The translations under genes and the position numbers were made by a program. Under the pieces are notes generated by a model. The model did not search any database and was not told where the DNA came from. It saw only the letters and a program-made list of their open reading frames with translations. Of a DNA stretch of 32,000 nucleotides, positions 1 to 7,517 are shown piece by piece. Origin of the DNA: Vibrio alginolyticus NBRC 15630 = ATCC 17749 (GTDB lineage Bacteria > Pseudomonadota > Gammaproteobacteria > Enterobacterales > Vibrionaceae); contig NC_022359.1 in assembly GCF_000354175.2 (NCBI RefSeq), positions 270,001 through 302,000 on the forward strand, given 5' to 3'. Numbering within the stretch: position 1 is the stretch's first letter; each line of letters begins with the position of its first letter.

Positions 1-273
1 ATCGGTAAAACCGACGCCAGCTAGTACGTCTGGCACCATATCTGTTGGTAGGACGAAGTAAGCCAGCGCGCCACCTAAAATAGCCTTGTGGCGAACAGAG
101 GTGTTGGAATCTGCCATCGCGAGCCATGATTTTATGCCCATTACGGCAATTTCTTCACCCGCTTTCTTAACCGACCCTTTCATTTTTCGCCAGAATGTTT
201 TCTCATCTGGCGCTTGCATCGTTTGGTCTAAGACGTCATCGGACGCCGAATTTACAGACATGCTTGTGGTCAT
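1..273 (-). CDS. DUF1232/YkvA-family small membrane protein; C-terminal end cut by window edge
   Basis: The minus-strand frame is open to position 1, so it is absent from the ORF track. ATG at 273-271 is preceded by AGGAGG at 283-278. The translation is MTTSMSVNSASDDVLDQTMQAPDEKTFWRKMKGS...AILGGALAYFVLPTDMVPDVLAGVGFTD. It ends in the ALAYFxxPxDxxPD...G pattern typical of DUF1232 (recalled, not searched). Confidence 0.6.
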   Translation of the reverse strand, partial: MTTSMSVNSASDDVLDQTMQAPDEKTFWRKMKGSVKKAGEEIAVMGIKSWLAMADSNTSVRHKAILGGALAYFVLPTDMVPDVLAGVGFTD

Positions 274-379
274 CGTGCCTCCTAAATTTATGACTGTGGC
301 AAAGATATTAAGACGATGAACCTGAACGTAGGATTAATAGCGAGTAATGATAATGAAGAAAGGAAACAAAATGGCTAGA

Positions 380-410
380 TAAAAAATCCCCAAACCGAAG
401 TCCGGGGATT
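380..410 (-). terminator. Rho-independent terminator of the yjiH-yjiG-peptidase operon
   Basis: The minus-strand RNA reads AAUCCCCGGAC-UUCG-GUUUGGGGAUU followed by UUUU. This gives an ~11-bp stem (two G-U pairs), a UUCG tetraloop and a U-run, about 100 nt downstream of the peptidase stop at 511. Confidence 0.75.
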
Positions 411-415
411 ATTGC

Positions 416-510
416 CTTGGAAACAAAAAGTTTTGGAAATCAAATGTCTTGGAAGCCAAATGGTTTTGAAACCAAAAACTTTGGGAACCAAGCTTTAGAA
501 GCAGAATGCC
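416..510. repeat. Six degenerate tandem copies of a ~16-bp unit (TTGGAAnCCAAAnnnn), each an imperfect mini-palindrome
   Basis: Copies start at 416, 432, 448, 465, 480 and 494. They read cttggaaacaaaaagt / tttggaaatcaaatgt / cttggaagccaaatggt / tttgaaaccaaaaac / tttgggaaccaagc / tttagaagcagaatgcc. The array lies between the peptidase stop codon and its terminator. Confidence 0.7.
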
Positions 511-1635
511 TTATTGAGCAATCTTCTCCAATACACGCATAAGCATTTTGATACGTGGTTCGATAGACTCAAGCAACAAGTACTCTTGGTCACTGTGGAA
601 ACCTGCACCGATAGGTCCTAGACCATCCAAAGTTGGAACTCCAAGAATTGCCGTATTGTTTGCATCAGAGCCGCCACCCACTTCTTTCCAGTTGATGTCG
701 ATAGCCAGTTCACTTGCTGCTTCTTCAACTAATGCCATCAAGCTTTCAGTTTGCGTGCTTGGCACCATAGAGGGTTTGTAAGCTTCACGAACCAACTCGA
801 TGCTAACGCCATCAACGAATGGTGTTTCCAGCATGCCGTTTAGCTTGCTATCGACATCATCGTATTCTTCATTACTCCAGAAACGCACATCCACGATCGC
901 TTCAGCGTGCTCAGGGACGATGTTTGCGCCGTTACCGCCAGACACAATACCCACGTTTAATGTGGTGCCAGATTCGAAGTTCGTCATGGCATTGATTGCG
1001 AGAATCCAGTTCGCCATCTCGGTAATTGCACTGCGGCCATTTTCTGGCTCGTTGCCAGCGTGGGCTGCAATGCCATTAAACGTGATTTTGTAACGCGCCA
1101 TGCCTTTGCGCGCTTTGACTAAACCTCCGTCTGCGCGTGCTGCTTCTGCCACCAATACGTTTTTCGCGTTTTTTGCAACAGATTGAATCCAGTCGACCGA
1201 ATCTAACGATCCGGTTTCTTCGTCTGGGTTCATGCAGATACAAATCGACAGTTTATCCAACACCGCTTGGTCGAGGTTACGCATCGCGTACACAATATTC
1301 AGCAAGCCAGATTTCATGTCCGAGACACCCGGACCGTACGCTTTGTCAGCGTCTTGAGACATAGGACGTAATCCAGCGGTGCCGACAGGGAACACTGTAT
1401 CCATGTGACCAATCAGCATCACGTCAACTTGCTCAGCCTCAGGCTTGTTTCGAACTTCAAGACCGATGCCCGCTCTGCCACAGTCGATGCGTTTTACGCT
1501 CCAACCTGACATCGCTTGGTACTTCTCTTCAAATTGAGAAGCGATAAACTCAATGCCATCAGTGGTGTACGTGCCACAATCGACATTGATGAGAGGACGA
1601 AGTTCTTCGAGATATTCATTGAGAGAAAACTGCAT
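511..1635 (-). CDS. M20-family metallopeptidase (carboxypeptidase G2 / ArgE-DapE-like amidohydrolase)
   Basis: 374-aa ORF with metal-ligand-type motifs LIGHMDTVFP and GPGVSDMKSG and an internal dimerisation-domain-like segment. SD AGGGGG lies 5 nt upstream of the ATG at 1635. The gap to the upstream gene is 9 nt. Confidence 0.85.
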   Translation of the reverse strand: MQFSLNEYLEELRPLINVDCGTYTTDGIEFIASQFEEKYQAMSGWSVKRIDCGRAGIGLEVRNKPEAEQVDVMLIGHMDTVFPVGTAGLRPMSQDADKAYGPGVSDMKSGLLNIVYAMRNLDQAVLDKLSICICMNPDEETGSLDSVDWIQSVAKNAKNVLVAEAARADGGLVKARKGMARYKITFNGIAAHAGNEPENGRSAITEMANWILAINAMTNFESGTTLNVGIVSGGNGANIVPEHAEAIVDVRFWSNEEYDDVDSKLNGMLETPFVDGVSIELVREAYKPSMVPSTQTESLMALVEEAASELAIDINWKEVGGGSDANNTAILGVPTLDGLGPIGAGFHSDQEYLLLESIEPRIKMLMRVLEKIAQ

Positions 1636-1644
1636 GATTGCCCC

Positions 1645-2112
1645 CTAAACAAACAAGTTCATGACTAGCATTGCGCCAAATGCGTTCAATACGGAAATCG
1701 CAATCATAATTGGGATGTAACGACCTTCAGTACCGATAGGTCCCATAATTCGACCCATGTACTGAACCTGTGAGCCCATTAGGTAAATTGCAGGTGCAAG
1801 AATCGCGATGTGCGTACCGTTCAAGATGCCTTGGTCAAACAATGTGATAACCACGCCAACTGCCCCGCCCATCGACATCCAAGCACCAATCAGCACCGCA
1901 GCCGCTTCACCTGGCAAACCAAAAACCGCCATTACTGGAGAAAATACCGAGCCCATCAAATCCAACGCGCCAGTAATCTGCAACGCCTTAATGATGACAA
2001 ACGCCATAAGAACGTTAGGCACGGTTGATGTTGTCGCAATAACCCAGCCTTTTTTAGCGCCTTCAACGAAAATATCCGTCACCATCGGCTTACTTACTTT
2101 TACGTCACTCAT
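1645..2112 (-). CDS. yjiG: YjiG/SpmB-like nucleoside-recognition-domain inner membrane protein
   Basis: 155-aa polytopic hydrophobic ORF. It pairs with a YjiH-like gene through a TAATG stop/start overlap at 2112, the same pairing as E. coli yjiH-yjiG (recalled). Confidence 0.7.
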   Translation of the reverse strand: MSDVKVSKPMVTDIFVEGAKKGWVIATTSTVPNVLMAFVIIKALQITGALDLMGSVFSPVMAVFGLPGEAAAVLIGAWMSMGGAVGVVITLFDQGILNGTHIAILAPAIYLMGSQVQYMGRIMGPIGTEGRYIPIMIAISVLNAFGAMLVMNLFV

Positions 2113-2849
2113 TACGCCGTCTCCTCTTTTAAGTTCTCAGATTTGCTTTGCTCTTGCTTGTCTTCTTTACCTTCTGTGATGTTTAGGTAGATACGGAATA
2201 AGTTCGCACCCACGATTTTAAACAAGAACATCACCACAACCGCCAAACCAATAGAAGACGTTACGGCAAGCGAGCCATCCGCCATCGTCAACGTAAACAG
2301 CACCGCCCCTGAGGAGAAAAAGTTAACAATGGTGGCACCAGCGGTGAACTGGAACATAGTGAACACATCGGTTTCGCGTTTGGTAAGATGGCCTTCATCT
2401 TTAAGCTGACGAGTCATCGCAGCGCCCGCGTCGGTACTTTGCAGCGAAGCGATAAGAGCCAAACCAGAGTTACCCGGAATACCCATAATTGGACGAAGAA
2501 GCGGCGTTAACAGTTTGCGTGCCGCTTCTAGTGCGCCATAGTGCTCAAGTACATTGATCATACCCAGTGCGAACATAACGGTAGGAATCAAAGTAAGTGC
2601 AAAAATGAAACCGTCACGTGCACCGCTACCACCAGTACCACGAAGCGACGTTGTTGCAACTTGCACACCGTCAGCCGTTTCGGTGACACCATAAGCCACC
2701 TTGCCAAAAGAGCCATTCAACGTGGTGAAATCAAATACGCCATACCATTCGTTCGATTGCATGAGACCAGAAAAGAAGACGACCGCAAACGCCAGTACAA
2801 AGTAGCACCCCAGCGTAACCTTGCGCTCGGTTTGAACAGGATTTTTCAT
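2112..2849 (-). CDS. yjiH: YjiH/SpmA-like nucleoside-recognition-domain inner membrane protein
   Basis: Track ORF is 2112..2879. I prefer the internal ATG at 2849 (MKNPVQTERKVTLGCYFVLAF...) because the upstream extension MSCPTCVGNV has no SD. Multi-TM protein. Its stop overlaps the yjiG start by 1 nt. Confidence 0.7.
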   Translation of the reverse strand: MKNPVQTERKVTLGCYFVLAFAVVFFSGLMQSNEWYGVFDFTTLNGSFGKVAYGVTETADGVQVATTSLRGTGGSGARDGFIFALTLIPTVMFALGMINVLEHYGALEAARKLLTPLLRPIMGIPGNSGLALIASLQSTDAGAAMTRQLKDEGHLTKRETDVFTMFQFTAGATIVNFFSSGAVLFTLTMADGSLAVTSSIGLAVVVMFLFKIVGANLFRIYLNITEGKEDKQEQSKSENLKEETA

Positions 2850-2968
2850 AACATTACCTACACATGTGGGACAGGACACATATGCTCACCCGAATAATGT
2901 GCTAGAGAGATGATCAAAATCAATCCGCCTGCCGAACATTCTGGCGACTCAGTTATGAAGTTTTGTTT

Positions 2969-2984
2969 TATGATTTTAATCACA
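2969..2984. promoter_or_regulatory. CRP-like site TATGA-TTTTAA-TCACA
   Basis: Matches 9/10 of the TGTGA-N6-TCACA core. It lies about 120 bp upstream of the yjiH start in an AT-rich divergent intergenic region. Sequence match only. Confidence 0.3.
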
Positions 2985-3237
2985 TTTGAAAGATAATAAA
3001 AATTTGTGCTAACAATTAGGTATATTAATCTATATCGATACCTCAGGACTTCTTCATTAATCCGACCAATGATTCCAACGAATATTGCTTTCTACAACAT
3101 TCATGACGTACTTCATACTTTGGCATTGAGGCGATATCGATTAACTCGAAAGTAACATTCCATAATGAAATTTAGGTTAGGATTGTCCGGTCATATGCAA
3201 ACGGATTAAACCAGAATCAACAGGACTAGGCAGCCCA

Positions 3238-3585
3238 TTGTTACGCTCACAACCTAAAATAGCCAAGTGGACACTCGCCCTCGTGTTTTGGGTGGTGATG
3301 GTATGTTTAAGCCAAAACTCCGGCTTCTCGAAAAGCTGCCCTAAGGCTCACCAAATACAGAGTCAGCAAAATGAAAGCGTGAATTTATCACCATCTTGCG
3401 ACCTTTCAGAGAAGCTGGTTCAAGCGTACCAACACCAGTTTGATCATATTCTTATTCCATTTTTTCTGTTTGCTTTGATTGTGGCGCTGCCGATGGCATC
3501 CACAGCAATTCGTTATCTGGAATACACAGAACCGATACGGGAAAAGTATCGGGTTCACCTAAAACTTTGCGTGTTTAGAGAATAA
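3238..3585 (+). CDS. Hypothetical small 2-TM membrane protein with periplasmic cysteines
   Basis: 115-aa ORF with a TTG start in the track, so the start is uncertain. There are two hydrophobic segments (WTLALVFWVVMVCL and ILIPFFLFALIVALPMASTAI), with Cys residues in between (SCPKAH, SPSCD). A terminator-like hairpin follows at 3594-3621, which supports transcription. I recognise no family. Confidence 0.4.
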   Translation: MLRSQPKIAKWTLALVFWVVMVCLSQNSGFSKSCPKAHQIQSQQNESVNLSPSCDLSEKLVQAYQHQFDHILIPFFLFALIVALPMASTAIRYLEYTEPIREKYRVHLKLCVFRE

Positions 3586-3593
3586 ACCCAGCA

Positions 3594-3621
3594 AGGCGAG
3601 AAACCCGCTCGCCTGACTTTT
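3594..3621 (+). terminator. Rho-independent terminator-like hairpin
   Basis: AGGCGAG-aaacccg-CTCGCCT followed by GACTTTTG. Confidence 0.5.
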
Positions 3622-3681
3622 GTACGTATTTTATTCACTTCACACAACAAACAACGAAATCTAAAAGTTTTAGGAAATATT

Positions 3682-4398
3682 ATGACATTCACTCGTACAC
3701 TTTTGGCGTTAACGATGGCTATCGTACCTGCCGTATCTTTCGCATCAGAAAAGACCTCAGAACAAAAGCTAGAGGAAATTACTCAGATACTAAAAGAGAA
3801 CCCTCAAATTCTTGATTCATTGCACCAAAACCTGCAAGAGTACATTGCGTATCAGCAGTCATTTGGCGACACCTTGAAGGAGGTTCGTCAATATCTAAAT
3901 GATGGCAAACATTCCTCTTTTGGTGCTGAAACCCCTGAGTTAACCATTATTAACGTAACGGACTACAGTTGCCCTTTTTGTAAACGTTTAGAAGGAGAAC
4001 TGGTCAAAGTTGGTAAGGAATATCCGCAGATAAAAGTGCTTAACCTCAATGTTTCTTTTAAAGAACAATACGAGAAAAACGGCTACAACTCGGCAAGTTA
4101 CGCATTAAATGTTTGGCAAAACCAGCGAGATAAGTACGAACAAGTGCATGAGTTATTGGTGAAAAAACCGGGCGCACATGATGTACGTTCGTTAAAACAG
4201 ATCGCGAAGAAAACGGGGACAGAAGCGCAGCTTGTCGACGACAAAGAGACCAAAGCGCTGCTTGATAAAAACTATCAGTATTTCACGCAACTTGGTTTAC
4301 GCGGCACGCCCGCGTTGATCATTAATGATCAGATCATTCCTGGTTATGTGCCGTTTGACGAGCTAGAAAAAGTCATCGACCAAGAACTGGCGAACTAA
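3682..4398 (+). CDS. Secreted DsbA-family thiol:disulfide oxidoreductase (CPFC active site)
   Basis: 238 aa. Signal peptide MTFTRTLLALTMAIVPAVSFA-SE. Thioredoxin-fold motif VTDYSCPFCKRLE and a cis-Pro-type GTPALII near the C-terminus. SD AGGA lies 6 nt upstream. Confidence 0.85.
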   Translation: MTFTRTLLALTMAIVPAVSFASEKTSEQKLEEITQILKENPQILDSLHQNLQEYIAYQQSFGDTLKEVRQYLNDGKHSSFGAETPELTIINVTDYSCPFCKRLEGELVKVGKEYPQIKVLNLNVSFKEQYEKNGYNSASYALNVWQNQRDKYEQVHELLVKKPGAHDVRSLKQIAKKTGTEAQLVDDKETKALLDKNYQYFTQLGLRGTPALIINDQIIPGYVPFDELEKVIDQELAN

Positions 4399-4404
4399 AA
4401 CAAC

Positions 4405-4438
4405 AAAGCCCTTCCCTGATAACTCAAGGAAGGGCTTT
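4405..4438. terminator. Bidirectional terminator between the dsbA-like and amylase genes
   Basis: AAAGCCCTTCC-12 nt loop-GGAAGGGCTTT, with A-run/T-run flanks. It sits between convergent genes ending at 4398 and 4466. Confidence 0.7.
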
Positions 4439-4465
4439 ATATTTACCGACATAAAGAGCGTTTAG

Positions 4466-6526
4466 TTACTTATCACGTCCAACAAACGCCACGACGACTT
4501 TGTCATTGCCAAGCGAACGAGAGAAAACGTACGCGCCTTCCTGTGCAATCACTCGATGCTGACCTGCGCCAATGGCAGGGTGTGCTTGACGGAACTGACC
4601 AAGGATTTGCCAATGTTTCAGCAAAGCTTGTTTATCATCAGATAGCTTCCAAACCATGTCTGAACGTGTGCCTTGGTGGAAATCATCCGCGTAAGGGCCA
4701 ATGTTACGGCCTACTTCATCGCCATAATAAACCTGAACCGCTCCTGGGCTAAGGAGCAATGCGTTCGCGGCGTTACGTTGCATGCCGTAATCTTTAAAAC
4801 GTGAGAAAAACAACTCCGTATCGTGAGAAGACATGTAACTGACTGGGTTGAAGTCTTTCTCGTTCGCGATAGTGTCCGCATAGCTTTGGTAAGTGTCTGC
4901 CATTTGGCTAAAGCACGCCGCGCCTTTGTCTAGCTTCTTCTGCATATCGAAGTTGATCAACGCGTCAAAACCATCATCGAAATAAGGGCTACGATACGCA
5001 GTGTGTCCCCAGACTTCGCCCATCATCCAGAACGGCTGACCTGACTTACCATTCTCTTTACGCCACTGCTCAAGACTGCTTGAAGCCTCTTCTTTCAAGC
5101 GTTTCCACACATCGCCTTCAACGTGCTTCACCGTATCGACACGGTAACCATCAATGCCAAAGCGTTTCACCCAATCAGTTTGCCACTCAATCAAGTAATC
5201 CGCCACGGTGTAGTTGTCACGAGCTTCTACGCGAGTGCCAGGGTTATCCAATAGCCACTGCGCGGGCTTCACTGCTTTGTCTGATTCAGTGATGAAATCT
5301 GGCAAGCCAGCAAGAGACATCGTAATGTCGCTACTGCCCGGAGCTGGGTAACCCGGCAAGCCGGTTCTTACCCAATCGCCGCCCCACCACTTCGCCCAGT
5401 TCGGACTCTGATAATCAATGTTCTGGTGGTAGCTATGCCAATTTTCGCCTGCTTTTGGTTGCCAGTCGCCCCATTTCTTGGGCAGTTCGGCATTAGGCTT
5501 TAACACATCGATACCGTCGAACTGTAGATCTGCCAATGTTGAGTAACCAGAATGGTTGATAACCGCATCCATCAAGACTTTGAGGCCACGCTTGTGCGCC
5601 TCTTCCACCAGCGTTTTTAAATCTTCTTCGTTACCGAAGTTCTCATCAATCTTGGTGAAATCGCGCGTCCAGTAGCCGTGGTATGCATAAAACGGGAATG
5701 AGCCACTATCGCCACCACCGACAAAGCCGTGCACTTGTTCAACGATTGGCGACAACCAAATCGCGTCTGTACCTAGGCTCTTGATGTAATCCAGTTTCTC
5801 AATTACACCTTTAAGGTCACCGCCGTGGAACGTGCCAACTTCATCTTTGCCGTCTTTTTTACGCCCATAACTGTTGTCGTTACTTGCGTCTGCGTTGTTG
5901 AAACGATCAACCATCACGAAGTAAATGTTCGCGTTTCGGTAATCAAATAGCACCGCCTCTTTGGTTTTCTGCACAGGCTCTAGCAGCACTAGGCCACCAG
6001 AGTCTTTACTTGGCGTCAGCGATACTTTCTGCTCTTTCACTTCAACCATTTGACCTGAATAAGCATCGCGTAACTTGGTGCCTTCAGGAAAGCTATCCCC
6101 CACAGCGATCGTCACTTCACCGCCTTGGTAGACTTCACATTGTACTTGCGGGATCGGGCGTTTAAATTCGGTTTTTGCTGCTTTTTTCGGCTCTCGCTTA
6201 AACAGCAACGTCTTAGCCGCGTCGTCATAAGCGAAGGAATAGTCGCCAGTAAAGCGAACTTTGAGTGGCAGTTCGGTCGGCTTGCCACAATTTAGCGCGA
6301 TAGGTTTGTTGAATTTGACCTTCTGGCCATCAGGCGCGACACAGTCGCCTTCAACACCCGTGATTTTGAGCGTGTATCCGTCTTTGGTTAAGGGCACAAC
6401 CAAAGGCTGCTCTGCACTTAACGGAAAGTCACGGCTGTTGGTCGTGGTAGAAATGGTGATGTTAGGCTCGGCGATGGCACTTGCCGACGCAAGCAGTAAA
6501 GTAGTGGTAATCAGGTTCAGTTTCAT
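4466..6526 (-). CDS. malS: Periplasmic alpha-amylase, GH13, MalS-like
   Basis: 686 aa. Signal peptide MKLNLITTTLLLASASAIA-EP. GH13 conserved regions DAVINHSG, GYRVDTVKHV, MMGEVWGH and YMSSHDT. A long N-terminal extension resembles E. coli MalS. The gene symbol is by analogy only. Confidence 0.9.
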   Translation of the reverse strand: MKLNLITTTLLLASASAIAEPNITISTTTNSRDFPLSAEQPLVVPLTKDGYTLKITGVEGDCVAPDGQKVKFNKPIALNCGKPTELPLKVRFTGDYSFAYDDAAKTLLFKREPKKAAKTEFKRPIPQVQCEVYQGGEVTIAVGDSFPEGTKLRDAYSGQMVEVKEQKVSLTPSKDSGGLVLLEPVQKTKEAVLFDYRNANIYFVMVDRFNNADASNDNSYGRKKDGKDEVGTFHGGDLKGVIEKLDYIKSLGTDAIWLSPIVEQVHGFVGGGDSGSFPFYAYHGYWTRDFTKIDENFGNEEDLKTLVEEAHKRGLKVLMDAVINHSGYSTLADLQFDGIDVLKPNAELPKKWGDWQPKAGENWHSYHQNIDYQSPNWAKWWGGDWVRTGLPGYPAPGSSDITMSLAGLPDFITESDKAVKPAQWLLDNPGTRVEARDNYTVADYLIEWQTDWVKRFGIDGYRVDTVKHVEGDVWKRLKEEASSSLEQWRKENGKSGQPFWMMGEVWGHTAYRSPYFDDGFDALINFDMQKKLDKGAACFSQMADTYQSYADTIANEKDFNPVSYMSSHDTELFFSRFKDYGMQRNAANALLLSPGAVQVYYGDEVGRNIGPYADDFHQGTRSDMVWKLSDDKQALLKHWQILGQFRQAHPAIGAGQHRVIAQEGAYVFSRSLGNDKVVVAFVGRDK

Positions 6527-6619
6527 CGTTCAGTCCATTGGTTGCGCATAGGCGCAGTATTCGTGTTGTAGTTTTATTCACACTAATAGTAAATGGATGA
6601 AAAACTGAGCACATCATTC

Positions 6620-6677
6620 TGAAAAGCTACGCCCTAAAGCTTGTGACGCTTCACATTTTGCTTTTATGGGGGCGTAG
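6620..6677 (-). terminator. Possible compound terminator after mtgA
   Basis: On the minus strand an outer stem CTACGCCC/GGGCGTAG encloses an inner TGTGA-agcg-TCACA hairpin, followed by CTTTTC. The loop is long and the U-run is weak. Confidence 0.35.
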
Positions 6678-6706
6678 TTCTACTTATGAGCAGGGTAAAA
6701 AGGAGT

Positions 6707-7381
6707 TTAAAGCTGAACGCTACCAAGGTTACGCATTTGTCTCATCGCCCAATTGACGCGGCTGATGGTGTAAGAAGTCTGAGGGTAAACTTTGATGCGA
6801 TACGGATTTGGCAGCACCACCGCAAGCCTTGCTGCTTGGCGTGTTGAAAGTTGTTTAGCAGGAATACCAAAGTAGTTTTGCGCAGCGGCTTCCGCGCCAT
6901 AAATACCTGGACCAAACTCCACCACATTCAAATACACTTCAAGAATGCGTTTTTTACTCCACATTGCTTCCATCAGCAGAGCAAAATAAAGCTCATACGC
7001 TTTGCGCACATAAGAGTGTGAAGGAAACAGAAACACGTTCTTTGCAGTTTGCTGAGTAATCGTGCTCGCACCGCGAGAGGGACCGCTCTCGCCAGACTCT
7101 GAGATCACTTTAAACAAGGAATCAAAATCCACTCCGTAATGGGTCGGGAACTTTTGATCTTCTGTCGCAATCACGGCCAGTTGAATGTGTTTAGAAATAT
7201 CACTCAAAGGCACCCATTCATTTTGACTCTCTTCAGGAAATCCTTCAGGAGGAGAAATCATGCGGCTGATCTTCCATCCCCAAATTGGTGGATCGATGTA
7301 TTTCACTATGCCAACGAGCATCACTGGTAAAAGCAAAAGCACCAATAAGATATTGAACAGAAGGGATTTAATCTTTCTCAA
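6707..7381 (-). CDS. mtgA: Monofunctional biosynthetic peptidoglycan transglycosylase (GT51)
   Basis: 224 aa with a TTG start. N-terminal TM segment LLFNILLVLLLLPVMLVGIV. GT51 motifs ATEDQKFPTHYGVD and GASTITQQTAKN, plus RKxxE (RKAYELYFALLME). Confidence 0.9.
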   Translation of the reverse strand: MRKIKSLLFNILLVLLLLPVMLVGIVKYIDPPIWGWKISRMISPPEGFPEESQNEWVPLSDISKHIQLAVIATEDQKFPTHYGVDFDSLFKVISESGESGPSRGASTITQQTAKNVFLFPSHSYVRKAYELYFALLMEAMWSKKRILEVYLNVVEFGPGIYGAEAAAQNYFGIPAKQLSTRQAARLAVVLPNPYRIKVYPQTSYTISRVNWAMRQMRNLGSVQL

Positions 7382-7464
7382 AGTCCGACCTAGCCTGATT
7401 TAATAAAACAATATGATGCAAGTATAGAGTATGCAGTCTGTTTATCGTTAGTGAAAACTTGGTC

Positions 7465-7498
7465 AAAAAAAGCCCGATTTACAATGTAAAACGGGCTT
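7465..7498 (-). terminator. Rho-independent terminator of glgB
   Basis: Minus strand reads AAGCCCG-t-TTTAC-att-GTAAA-t-CGGGCTT followed by TTTTT. Confidence 0.75.
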
Positions 7499-7517
7499 AG
7501 AATTTGATTAGACTAAA

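Noticed and set aside
86-319. 77-aa plus-strand ORF at the left edge
   Set aside because: It is antisense to the better-supported DUF1232 gene, which has a strong SD and a family-like C-terminal motif. It has no SD or domain signal.
416-510. Plus-strand reading of the tandem repeats as a CsrB-like GGA-repeat sRNA
   Set aside because: The GGA motifs would be buried in the UUGG/CCAA stems. No plus-strand promoter or terminator is visible, and the plus-strand transcript would run antisense into the peptidase gene. The only good terminator (380-410) works on the minus strand.
3032-3141. ATATCGAT 8-mer occurring twice (3032-3039, 3134-3141) in the yjiH upstream region
   Set aside because: An 8-mer recurring once in an AT-rich 350-bp spacer is within chance expectation. 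There is no accompanying symmetry or spacing logic.
6642-6655. TGTGA-CGCT-TCACA as a CRP site for the amylase promoter
   Set aside because: The half-site spacing is 4 bp rather than 6. The palindrome is nested inside a larger hairpin that looks like the mtgA terminator.
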